Assembly (NCBI GenBank): GCA_012295275.1
Contig: CM022665.1
Location: forward strand, 20,460,001 to 20,524,000
Length of the DNA stretch: 64,000 nucleotides
Direction of reading: 5' to 3'
DNA from: Chrysomallon squamiferum
Taxonomy: Eukaryota > Animalia > Mollusca
How positions within the stretch are numbered: position 1 is the first letter of the stretch; each line of letters opens with the position of its first letter. This document shows positions 1-13,768 of this stretch, piece after piece. The translations under genes were made by a program, and so were the position numbers. Under the pieces are notes generated by a model that was not told the origin of the DNA, did not search any database, and was given only the letters and a program-made list of their open reading frames with translations.

Positions 1-783
1 CAACAAATGTTCTTGTTTTTTTCTGTTACAATGGGAGAGGGCATTTCTACACATTAAGCACTTACACCTTTTTGTAATATTCCTTGCAAATATTGATTTG
101 ATTGAAATAAAGAACATTATTAAGATATTTAGTGAGAAGTAAGTTCTTCCAAATCTTACTGCATATTTCAAAAACTGTATCTGTATTTGTCAAAAACTGC
201 AATGCTTCTCTTACAGAGAATAAATTATTATTTTTTTTTTTTTAAAGTAATAGAGATATGATTCTAATTACATATGTTCCTGGTATTTTTAACCAGCATC
301 TGATTGTTTTTATGTGAAATACTTGTAAAAACTTAAATCAAACAAAGATCTGATTTTTATTTCTGATTTACTTTTCACATTCCTGTTGTTGTGGGTTTTT
401 TAATTCTAGTTTGATGTTTCCCTTTATGCACTATAATTGTTTGTATTTTTACTTATTTATTTATTTATATTTCTGTGGGATTTTTTTGTTCGTTTATTTG
501 TGTGGTTTTTTGAGGGGTTTTTGTTGGGATTTTTTCTTTTGCACAAAGAAGTAGGTTTTTTTATTTTTTTTATTTTGGGGGGGATTTTTTGTTTGTTTAT
601 TCATGGTTGTTGTTGGGTTTTTTTTTGGGGGGGTGTCGTTTTCTTTATCTTTTTTATTTTGGGACCATCCATAACATACTCAGAGAGGTAGGGGAAGGTT
701 TACCTGGTTAAAATGTGAACAGGACTGGGAGGTATGGTTTATTATCCAGATACACATATTTGTTAATGTGAAAAATTCAACAA

Positions 784-957
784 CAGATTGATGATCCTTA
801 TCCAAAATGCCTGGAACCTGAAATGTTTCAGATTTTGGAACATAAGGATTTAACCAGAGAACAGGATTAAAGTTTATGCTAAACCATTTGAAAATTGTAA
901 GATGTTATCATTACAAAATGTTTCGGATTTCATTTCAGATAAGGAGTCCTCAGCCTG
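784..957. mobile_element. Degenerate Tigger/pogo-type MITE (Tigger4/MER46-like)
   Basis: Imperfect terminal inverted repeats: left CAGATTGATGATCCTTATCCAAAATG (from 784); right end reverse-complemented reads CAGGCTGAGGACTCCTTATCTGAAATG and is followed by TA (958-959). The resemblance to Tigger4 ends is from memory. Confidence 0.6.
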
Positions 958-2416
958 TAATAGCATCTTATTCAGATGTTTGCTTGAAACATTGAAATAT
1001 AGTTCTTTTGTATGTTGAAGATTTTCAAATATTATTAGTGAAACATTTGTAAAATTACCAATTGTATCCAATTTAGATGAAACAAACAATGCATGTACAT
1101 GGATGAATTACAATTTATATACTGCATATTTTATGGATGGTCTGTTTTACTGTATATAAAATATATAAATTGGTTTCTTTTTGTTTTTTGGTTCTTTTGT
1201 AGCATGTGAAATATTCTATGTTTGTTCACCAGTATGTTTGTACTAGGTTTTAACATTAATGACTGACGATAAAATAAGTATATGCAGCAAAATAAAACTG
1301 AAATATTTATTCAGAAACGTTTTGAAAATGTACATATGTATGTAAATTGAGATTATTATTGTCAGTAAAAATAATAATTACTGATATGTGGAATGTGCAG
1401 GGATGTGTCATTAAGAAACGATGTTTGGACTGAGCCATGGTTGTGCCAAGAGAAATATTTGCAATATGTTTATGTGGTTTTTTTTGTGTTTTTTTATCAC
1501 AAGATGCAAATCTAGTAATTTTCACAGGGAAGGGTGTCTAGCAGTTTTATGGTATGAAATGTGTAGCTGTATATTCAGTTAATAGTTCTGGTAAACACAG
1601 TTAAATATATTGATTCTGACCATTATGAGTAGGTCAGTTATGAGATCACTTTTTCCCCCTACCAAACAAAATACTTAATTATACTACATAGGATATTTGT
1701 GTTTATTTATGGTCTGGGTAACTTTTTTTTCTTAATTTAGTTTCTTTTGAAAATAAAACTAGAATGTATACTTTCTATCTCTGTTTATTTATTATGACAT
1801 TTCTACCAGCTATTTGTAACCATAACAACAGTGATTTAAATGTCTGTATATATATTTCATTTTTATATATAATATAAAAAATTCCAGTTTTAGCAATATT
1901 GACTAAATAATGAATTATTCATGTTGCTTAATGAATATTCAATTAATTCAACAAATACTGGGAGATGAGAATTACTATTATTATTATTATTATTCCTACA
2001 ATACACAGATTTAAAATAATTATTTATAAAATATTGTCATTGTGTTGTTAATCATTTTGTATTAGTGTGAGGGGTATGGGAAGGATTGGCAGACTGAAAA
2101 TGAACTGTTTGGTTAAGAATGTTTTGAACTTTTGGGCTAGTACTTGTAATTACTTTTGTAAAACATCCTGAACTTGGTAAAGATGTTGGAGAATTGTAAA
2201 TCTTGCATGGATGTGCACATTATTCAATTATTTTTGTGTTGTTAATTATCAATGATGTATGTTTATAATAGTTACATAATTTTATTAGACTGAATAAACA
2301 AAAAGAAAAAATGCTTTGTTTTAGTTTTCAATGAAACTTTTTTCTTCATTTTTTATTTTTTTTTTTTTTTTTACATTTCTGTGTTGTTCTTTGACTTCTT
2401 ATTGTTTTTGTTATTG

Positions 2417-2455
<39 letters not shown>

Positions 2456-3185
2456 AGTAAAACTAAAGAAAAAGAAAATAACTATTTAATTGCAACAACT
2501 CACACTAATTATTTATGAATAAACTGGCAAACCATTTCGAGCAGAATGGTAATATTTTTATTTACTTATTTCAATTTCAATTTGAGATTAAAGAGAAAAA
2601 TAAAAACTTTTTTTACTGTTTAATTTTATCAGACATTTAAATGTAATTATACACTCTTACAGATAAAGAATAGTTTACATATGTTATCTTTCAAGAATAT
2701 GTACATTTATTTTATTTGAAGTTAATACGTATAAATTGAGTTGTAAGCGTTATCTTCCTTTAGAAAGCATTCCAATCTCACACCCATTCCCCCACACATT
2801 TTTAAAGATAAGCTGTATTAGTTAGACAAACGCTGACAGTTGGGTCATGTTTCCAAAACTTCAATTCCATAGAAATATAATTTAATTAGATATACTAACT
2901 GATTGTTATTAAAGTGTAATATTAATTTTAAAATAAACACAGAATTTATATCTGTGTCAAAAAGCACAATAAACAGAGGACCGAATTTGAGAACAGAAAA
3001 TTACAAAGAAAAGAAGAACAAGAAAAAATACAATTAAAATAAATAAAAAGATAAATTTTACAAAATGCATTTGGTGTAATTCATGTGTATATATATGTAT
3101 GTATGTGTGTGCATGTATGTATCTACGTATGCATATTTCTTTTCTTTTTTTCCTTTTTTTTCCCCCATGCATTTTTTTTTTATTT

Positions 3186-3222
<37 letters not shown>

Positions 3223-4073
3223 CATTTGGGATCTCTTCATTTGAAATCTCTCTCTTTCTCTCTCTTTCTCGCGGGCGTGTGTGCATATGATAGCAGGTAT
3301 TTTAATTATTAAAACTTTGAGCATGTAGGTCGCGTGCTAATGAAATGCATCGATGGTAATACGCACATTTTAAGCATCTATTATTGTTTTACGTTGTATC
3401 CTGAATATAGTTTTGAAACGTACTGATTAACTTAGATGTCCGAAGTTGGTCTATTCTTACTTTTTCAGATGGTTAAACTTTAGAAGCGTATCGCGATTAA
3501 CAAAGAAGGAAATTACAACAACAGAAACAAAAAAAATGTCGTCCACTTGGGTATTGAAAATATTTTGTTTTTGTTTTCGTTAATATTTTAATATAAGTCT
3601 GATGATTGAAAATATATGCATCAAAAAGTGATGGTCATAGAATCTGTGATTATTGCTACAACATCAGTTTTAAGCAGGATAAGTTGTTGTTAATTTTGAA
3701 AAACGAATTATCGCCGACTCATGTCTCTTGACTGTTACTTGTTAGTGTTACTGTTAGTGTTAAACTTCGACTGAGTCTTCATCTTGTTTTTATTGTTTCG
3801 AAGACGACAATTCTGCATTATTTATGTATTTATTTATTTTTATTAGGGAAACATTAAATTTATAAAAGGGAATAAGTGATTATACATGCATGTAAATCAA
3901 ATTTAAAGATACTTCATAATCATATAGATTATAGTTTATCTTGATATCGAATAGAAAATCAAAGTATTTTCAGATCACCAGTTTTTTTAGTCAGCTTACT
4001 GATCGTAATCATCTAATCCGACAAAAATCTTAATAAATTGCAGAATCTTTGGTTTTGATGGTCAGAAACGGCT

Positions 4074-7000
4074 ATGGATGTGCAGTTACCACCCTTGGAT
4101 GTCATTCCTCTTCCAGAGGAAGTTAAAGGCAATAGTTCTACTGCCCAGTCAGTGGAATCAGATGTTTCAAATGACAGGTTAGAGAGAAAACAAGAAGAAA
4201 GTAAAGATGATGACATGTCATCCAATTCAGGTGAGAAAAAAACAAAATTGGATGCCAAAACGTTACTGAATTCAGTTTTAGAAAAACAGAGACCCGGAGA
4301 GATACAGGGGACAGAATCAAGAGATGGTGATAATACTATCAGCATTACAGTCTCTGGTGGAAGTGAGATGGCAGCTGCATCTAGCAAGTCACAAACAATT
4401 GTGGATGAATTGTTTAAAGATTTTCTTGCATTTAAGATGCAGCAAGATGAAAAGCTGAAGCAGCGGGGGTCAAAATGACTGATAGTTCTCAGTTGGCCCA
4501 CTCAATGGAAGAGATGAGTAAGCTTCTTGATGAAGAAATAAATTTACTTCTGCACACACAGAAATCTCAGAAAAGAGATTCTCATTCACCTTCATACAAA
4601 AAGAAAAAGAAGAAACATGAACACAGGCATCATGATGAAAGAAAAAGCTACGAAGATCGTAAAGAACGAAAACACAAACATGACGAGAAGGATGGTAGAG
4701 ATGGAGACAGGAAGAAAAGAAGAGAGGATGATGAGAGGAAAGACAAAAATGACTGTAAGAGAGAGAAAGGGAGAGAATCAAGACATGACCGAGAAAAGCA
4801 TCCAGAAATGGCAGAATCTGGTAGACACCAGACAACTCTTGATAAAGTAAAGAAAGATGAATCTAGCAAATTGTTGAATGAAGGGAAAGAGGAACACAGA
4901 ACTTCTGATCAGACACATTCAGAAATACTGCAGGCATCTGGTGAAAGTAACAAAATGTTAGAAAGTGTTCATGTTGCTGCAGCTGGTCACTGTGATAAAT
5001 TAAAACAAAAGTCAGAAGCACCAGATGATAAAATTACAAAATGTGCTGAACCTGGTGCAGTGAATGTTGCTGAAGAAAAAGGTGGAGTGTATTTAGAGTT
5101 GCAGAAAAAGAACTTGGGTTTGAAAGTTTCTATCAGTGAAGAAAGCACTGCAAGGATAGTGTCAGGACAATCAGGTGACTGTAAGAAGAGTAAACCACTG
5201 GAAGATGGTGAGATATGATAATCTAGTTTGTGTAGAACAGGAGACTGTTAATAATTCTTACATTCTGATACAGTACAGTGAAGACTGTTATACAGTATCT
5301 ATTTATTTATTTATTTAATTTTGTTTTTCTTTCATAGATATTTATCTCTGTATTTATCCATAATATGTGCTGATGTCAAAAACTCTTTAATTATTATTAA
5401 TAAGTAATATAATAATTATAAAAAATATTATTATTTTTTTCTAATTTTTTTATTTTTTTAAAGAAATGTATCAAAGTTATGAATATTGATAAAATGAAAT
5501 GAAAATGTTTTCTTCAGGAGAAGTGAGCTCAACATCCACTAACAGTTCTGACAGTGATGCCAGTGATGATGATGATGTTGCAGATGGAATTCCATCTGGG
5601 TCTGGTTCACTTTCAGAGAGCGACAGGGAAAGCAGGTCTTCAAAGTCAAAGAAGAAAAAGAAGAAGAAGCACAGACACAAGAAGAAGAAGAAGTACAGAA
5701 GCAAAGACAAGAGTGTGAAGGAAGAGAAAAAGGACAAATCAAGAAGTGATGAGAAGACACGTTCTAAGTCAAGGTATAAGAAAAGGTTTTGTTGTGTACT
5801 TGTTTTTGTAAATATAACAGCTATTTTATTTAGTGCAGATTATGAAAAAATTAAAAATATCAAAAAAAATTCAGAATTGAATAAGAAGAAGAAATAAGAC
5901 GGCTACAATTCAGTTTAAAGGTTTTTGAATATAACATATTTTGTATTGTGTACAAATATAATAACTACATTGTTGTAGATTATGAAAAAAAAAAAATGGG
6001 CTTTAACTTAATTTAAAAGGTTGAGAATTCAAATTTTTCTTGTGTTTTTTACATGCATATTTACAGATATATTATTTCCTGCAGATCAGAAAGAAGGGTT
6101 TTGTACTTGTAAATACAACAGCTACATAATTTACTACAAATTATATATTTTTTAAAAGTTCTTCTATAACTTAGTTTAAGCATTGTGAATTCATGTTTTT
6201 GTTGGGTTTTTAACTTGTAAATATAACAGCTACATAATTTTACTACAGATTATTTTTTTAGTAAAAACTAATGAGAAAGAGATAAAAGTGGGCTGTCCAT
6301 TCTAGATTTTGTACTTTTAAATATATACTAACTACTTTTAAATATATAAATGCAAAAAAAAGGATAAAATGTAATATAATTTATTTTAAAAGTTGTGAAT
6401 TTATCATAGTCCACTTCTGTTTTCATTCATATAATAAATTAAATGCACTGTTATTTGACTGAGGTCAGTGATATACCTCAGTATCAGCTACTGATCTCAA
6501 CTGAGACAGATGATGAAGGTACAAAAAAGTCGATTGTACTCCAAAGTGCCTTGTTACCCATTCATATTATATACTTTGTGACATTTTATTTTGATAATAA
6601 TTAATACAGGTTCATGACCTTTATCCGAGATCACAAAATTCAGAATGTTCCAAAATTCAAAAAGGTTTCCAAACAGCCAGAAAAAAAATATATATCTGAC
6701 AGGTTTTGGGTGGTTTAGGATGTATAAATTCTGAAAAAAAATATTATTGAAAAAATCCTGTGTATCAACTGCAAATGTAATATAAATGAAATTTTTGTTT
6801 AGACTTAAATTCTGAAATCTGATCCCAGTCATTTTGGAAATGTATTGAGTGTTAATAAACAGACATATTCATTGACTTTTATTATTATTATTATTTTATT
6901 TTTTTTATTATATTTAATATTATCAGAATAAAGATCAGAAGTATAATTAAACTTAGAAAGAAGTCAAAGACATTTAGACTGAATGTCTGAATGTTTAGCA

Positions 7001-10000
7001 GTACATGAACTCATTCGCTTTAAATGGCATAAAAGGCAGATATTTTACATTATGTTTAGGATATGTAAGCATCAATTTTCTATTTAGCTGTTTTATAGTT
7101 ATTATATTTCACACAAACACACTTAAATTTTAAAATTCACAAATTAATATTGGTTAAAAACATTTTGTGTACTAGGTCTAAGTCACCTCACCGAGGCTAT
7201 CGTTCAAGATCTCGCTCGTGTGAACGTAGGTCTAGAAATACATCAAGGACTCGTTCGCCTGGCCACAGAAGAAGGTCAAGGTCTCACTCACTTGAAAACA
7301 GGTCACGGTCAAGAAGTCGTGAAAGAAGACGAGAAAAGTAAATGAATGATAGTTTTATATAATCGTGTTGTTCTATATAGATTTCTTACTAACCCATCTG
7401 AAGCAAAATATTTGTTGTTGTTACGAATATAGGTTTCTTATTGACCTATGTGAGCCAGCCATTATTACTTTGTTCTTGTTTTTGTATTCAGACTTAGAAA
7501 ACAGCCTCTGCTGTTTATATAGATTTCTTTCTGACCCATCTGAAACAAATAATATTTATTGTTATAAAATGTAGGTTTCTTAATAATCTATTTGAAACCA
7601 GATAATGTTTATTGTTTATATAGATTACCTACTGATCTATGTAAACTTGTAAAATAATGTGTTTTTTACTGACCTATCTGAAACATAAAATAATGTTAGC
7701 TGTTCATATAGATTTCTTTCTGACCTGTCTGAAATTTGTAAAATAATGTTTACTCATACTGCATTCTTATTCACCAGCTTTTTATTTACCTCTTTAAAAC
7801 TTATAAAATAATGTTTACTATTTATATTCATTCATATCACCTATAGTCAAACTATTTAATTCAGAAACAGAAACACTGTTGTCATAAAAGAAAAAACAAA
7901 TTCAGAATATACAGATTATCTTTATTTTAACTTACAAACAGATGATTGAAATGTTACATACAACAACATAATTTACTTGGTGAATGGCAGTACATGATTT
8001 CCCATTGCAGACATATTATATTTTGATTACATAATTGTGTTACAGTGATTGTTGTTGTAGTTCTGTAATTTGTGTTCTCATTTTGCCTTACTCTCCAGAT
8101 ATGGTTATGATGAATGGGATGCTCGTTACTATGGCAAGGGAGACCACAATGGGAAACACAGATCTAGAAGTCGATCAAAGTCACGGTCTAGATCACGATC
8201 CAGATCACGAGACAGATGGCAGCGTCATGAACGGAAAAGCAGTCGAGAGGAGAGAGACCTGAGACTGAAGATTGACAAAGCCAAACTGAGGAAAATTGCG
8301 ATGTGTGTATTTAGTATATGTCAGTGTACACTAAAAGTTAAAATCAGTTAAAACAAGAAAATTGCTACGTGTGTATCTAGTATATCTTTGAAATTTTCAT
8401 TCAAATATGGACTGTAGTCGGATCACAATCCAAAATAATAAATTACATTTAATTTTTCAGAAAACTTATTGGGATTTGTATTAAATCATTTGTTTTATTC
8501 TTCTTCTTCATATTATTATTATTATTATTATTATTATCATCGTTTTTTATTTTTTTTTAATAATAATATTTTTTGTTTGTTGTAAATCATTATTTTAATT
8601 TTAGGGCCAATGTTTTGAAGAAGATGCAGTCTGGAGAGGAAATAACAGGAGTGGATCCAGCAACCATAAACATGATAAAAGCGGGAGGCAAATCAGTGGA
8701 AGAACTTACAGGTCAGTTTGTAGACATTCTCAGTGTTTGAACTTGATTAGTTAAAAACTAGATGACTATTTAAACTTGATCAGTTAAAAGCTAGATGACT
8801 ATATTTAAGTGTCAGTAAAATCTGTGGAAGAACATATAGGTCAATTTGTAAACACAATGAGCATTTTAAACTTGATTATTCATACATGCATGAACTCACA
8901 AATGATTGTGCTTGGTGCTCACCTGATTACAAAAATTCCTCATCCCATCATATTGAATAAAAGAACAAGAAATAACTGCACTAATTTAAAACAAGTATCA
9001 TACCTGATTCATAACTACAAATATCACCCGAGAAATGAGAGCACTGAATTAACAATTTAACAAAGACTCTTCAAAGCTGTTTATTTTATTCGTGAGTAGG
9101 AATTTTTTATTTATAAATACTTTTATTTTGCCAGTAGTTTTAACACTGTGATGTTTTTGATTTGTCAGAGTACTGTAAGAAACTCTCAGAGAGAGAGAAG
9201 TCAGCGTACTCTAGCAGTGACAGTGACATCGGTCACAAGTCTGACAGTGAGGATGACTCGCTGATACATCATCCATTTGTTGTCAAAGACCCATCACAGA
9301 CACCAAACATCGTTTTAAACATTCGGGTAATATTAATTACACTATTTTAAACATTTGGGTAACATTATTTACAAAGATTGTTCAAGCATTCACGTAATAT
9401 TACTTTAAAATATTATTTTAAATATTTGTGTAATATTAGTTACAAATATCTTTTTTAAACAATGGGGTAATATTAGTTCAAAACATTGTTTTAAATATTC
9501 AGGCAATATTACTTATTCATTTTAGTTTTGATTCTATTTAAAACATTTTCATTTTTGTTTTATTTGTTATTTTAAAGTTATGCCACATAGAATCAGTCCT
9601 GAATTCTGAGATAATAAATATGTTTAGTTAAGATTATGTTGTATTTAATTTCAAAATACTGAGAAGCTTACAGATGTTTTTTTTAACGTATTTTAAAATT
9701 TATAAAATATTGATATGCTTCAAGATTATTTTTAAAAGTTTGAGAGAATTCTATTTGGTATTTTTATATGTATGTAAAAAAAATGTTTTGTTTAGATTAT
9801 GTTATATAATATTTATGTTGGAGATGTTCTAAAACTAAAATATGTTCTCAAACATGTACAAAAATACACAAAACAAAATTCTCTCAAATCTATTAAACAT
9901 TTTAAAAATTAAATATTTAATTTTCAGAACTCTAGGCAGTTGCCAGTACGGACTCCACAGGAAAAAGCTACAGAATCAGCACAGTTGAGACTTCAGTTCC

Positions 10001-11346
10001 CTGTATCAAGTGGAACATCACATCGTGCCAAGGAAGGTGAATGGGTTCCAGTGCCTAGAACTACAGCACCTGCACCACAACCATCAACATCAATGGCAGC
10101 AGCATCATCTGTAGGCATAAACATGAACATGAGGAATGATGTTGGAAGCATGGTTCGTCCACCTGTTGGATATAACACACCTCCTGGCACAGTTCCACCA
10201 TCGCTTTTACCAACACCACCACCACCACCACCACCACCTCCACCACCTGCTGCTGATCCTCGTAACAAAGTGTTTCCTGACCCCCCACAAAAGGTAGAAA
10301 ATATATATATATCTTTTTAATTTTCATTCAGTTCTGTTATACTGTTCAATGTTGTTGTTTTTGATATTTAGACATTTCTTAATGTTTTAGTATTGTTGTT
10401 TTTTTTTTTTTTTTTTTTATATTTTGTCATAATGTGGGGGTTTTTTGTTTTGTTTTTTAATGTTTTAATATTGGATTTTTTATATTTAGACATTTCTTAA
10501 TGTTTTGATGGGGTTTTTATTTTATTTGTTTTATTATCATATGTTATTCTTGGGGTGGGCTTTTTTTTATGCTTACTCATTTCTTAATTCAAAAATTATA
10601 TTTTGCTTAAAATGTCTGTTGTGAATCATTGTTACCACATAAATAACAAAACCACTGAAAACATGTTTCCAGTATTCCTTTTTTATTTCTTTTTTTTAAA
10701 TTGTATATGTAAGTAAAGAAGTGATAATAAATGTCTGTGTAACTCTTGCAGGCGATTGACATTGGGAGTGTGATATCAGAACGACTTCTTGCAGCACGCA
10801 AGTTAGCAACCAACCCCTATGATGTAGAGGCACTGTCTGCCATGCATCAAGTACAGGAAAAGGTAAGCATCAGCTAAAAATGATTTAAAAATTTATTAGA
10901 TTCTTTGTTTTCTGATCTCTCAAACCTGTTTTTATTAATCTTGTTTTAGTGACTTTTTCAGGAGAAATGTACAGATGCTTTTCATTGGCTTTCTGAATAA
11001 ACTTGCTTAAACTTTCTTCATAAATGACATTTTACACAGACACAGATGCACGCACCCACACACATACACCATGCAGAGTGAAACTGATAATTCAAACTTG
11101 AAGAGGTCAGGAACATAATTAGATTTTCAACGAGTTCAGATTTTAAAAATAAAATATTTGCCAGTTTCAGTGGACAAATATGTTTTATATTGCACATCAA
11201 TTTTGGGTTCAGTCTTTTATTCATTATGTTATTTACTTAGTTTACAAAATATGCAAGAGTATATCTTTCTTGCAATATGAAATTTACTCATCCATTGGAA
11301 CAGCATTAAATGTTCAAGCTCAACCTGCCAGAATCTGACTTTAAAT

Positions 11347-11387
<41 letters not shown>

Positions 11388-11892
11388 CCACACATACCCA
11401 GTGTAAATAAAATGCAGATTTTTTAATGAAAACGTATTTTCATCAAAGTGAAAAATTTATTTGTACTGTTTAAAAAGTGTTTAATGTTAAAGAATGTACA
11501 AGTTTAAACATTTAACTTTCAGGCCAGTCGCTGGGCAGAATCGAAACACCTGCCTGGTCAGTTTGTTGGTTCGACAGGTGCGCAGATACTGACCCCTCAA
11601 GAATTGACCTCTGGAGATAAACGATGCCAGCCATGGGCAAAGAAGGTAACGCCTACTTATATATCTCCTCCTTTCAAATTGTTTGGTTCTTTACACTGAC
11701 TTTGCTGTATGTTGCTTGGGGGGATATGGAGGTTTGGTATTATTGTTCTGTTTTGAATGTTGAAAATCTCTTTCAAGGTATACTGATTATAATCTGTATT
11801 GACTGATTGTGTTTGCATGACATCACGTTGTTTGCACAAATGGGCGATGTCTGTAAAAACAATCAATTGAAATTTGCATGGTTTTGATTTTA

Positions 11893-11928
<36 letters not shown>

Positions 11929-11940
11929 TTCTTCTTATTA

Positions 11941-11985
<45 letters not shown>

Positions 11986-13733
11986 TTATTATTTAATATT
12001 TTATTAATTTATTATTATGATACCTTTTTTTTCTTTTTTTTTAAAGAAATGTAAAAAAATAAAGAAAAATTACCATGATGTAAATCACATCTAGAGTAAT
12101 AAATTAATAACAGATATATAGTTAGTATATGACATCATCATCCAGTTGGTAACTGAATATTTGTCACCTGTAATACTTCCAGTAAATCTTAACTCTCTGT
12201 CGGTATGGGACTGAAAAGATATACTTGCACATAACACAATTTTCAAATATTAGTGGGGTGTTTTTATACATCATTAATATTTTAAATTTAATTTTAACCT
12301 GCCATTTTCATTTTTAATGATATAACTGCATAAACAGAATTACAAATTGAATTTGAATATCAATTCATCTCATAATTATAATTCTGCATTGGAAAAAATA
12401 CCTCAAAATCCTGTTGCTGTTTCAGAGTAGTTGAGAAAACTCCTTGATTCATTGGTTAATTAATATTTATATTATGGGATGTGTGGTATTTGGGTAGTAA
12501 TGTACCAACTTTTTAGTTTGTAATACTTTTATATTTGATTTTGAAGAAAAAACTACAAGAAACCTTCTTTGATAGCGTTGACAAAAGTCATTTGTTGGTT
12601 CATATTTATACATCTGTGATTTTGGGGTTGTGTAATATTACTATCAGTTTATAATACTGTACATTCGAAAAAAAAAAAAAAAAAAATAATAATAATCTTG
12701 TTTGACAGGGTTGGGGGAAATCATTTATTGGTTGATATTTGTATATGTGGGTGGTATAGTATTTTTATCAGTTTATAAGTTATTCAGTGGTTGATATTTA
12801 TACTTCTGCGTTGAAGTATAGGAGAAGTTTTATCAGCATATAAAGATGTTACAACAGATTTAAATACAAGTATATTTACACTAAGTACTGATTGGTTTTT
12901 CTCTCCTCTAGGTAATATATTTGATAATATATTTAGATAGCTCAATACCAAGTTAAATTATTGATTGATTTGTTCCCAAAGTAGATGATGATGTATTTAA
13001 TTGATGACTTAAGTTTAATTAGTGAATATTACCTTGCAAATTTAGATGGCAACATATTTAAATACTTTCAATACTAAGTTTAATTATTGATGGATATATT
13101 ATGGTTAAAAATTCTTCCTGTTTGGATGTTTTTAAAAGAATGTAAATGTTTTAAAAAGCAGATAAACAAAAAGCTCAGCAAAGTCAGTGGTATATGCCAA
13201 TCAGTTCAAGTTCTCATTTCAGGTCTCCTCATCAAGATGAATAGAAAAGAAAAACTCCTCGGACGAGCTTCGAGTGGCCACCACAATGTCCAGTTATTTC
13301 AGGCTGACCAGTTGTGTAATAAGTGGACATTGTCCTGGCATTGTAATTTTTTTTTTTTTTCTTCCCTTTCTCGCGTGTTTAAGTCTGATGCAGTTGGTTA
13401 CATACAGCTGACAGATTTGGAAACCGAACAGAATTTTTTATGTGACTTGACAACGTTAACAAATAAATAAAAATAATAATATTTTAAAATGGTCCTCTGA
13501 TTTTGTTGAACTGCATTAGACTTAACAAAAAGTTTAGTGTGTTTAAAAGTTCATCTCTGCCAAGGAATATCAAATTTGAACACCCTCTATTCTCATGACA
13601 GAAATGAATTTTAAAACATTTTTTTCAAAAACTTTTTGTGCAAAAACAACAGTCTTATTTAAGAAATAAAAATTCCCCCAAAATGCCAGAATTCACATAT
13701 AATTTGAGTAATCAAAATTTTGTTTATGTATAT

Positions 13734-13768
<35 letters not shown>

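Noticed and set aside
3536-3550. Possible first coding mini-exon of SON (ATGTCGTCCACTTGG|GT)
   Set aside because: I could not join it in frame to the 4074 ORF through the acceptors at 3973 or 4043 without hitting stops. It may be UTR or affected by another indel.
4013-4869. Minus-strand ORFs over the first SON exon
   Set aside because: They are antisense shadows of purine-rich coding sequence.
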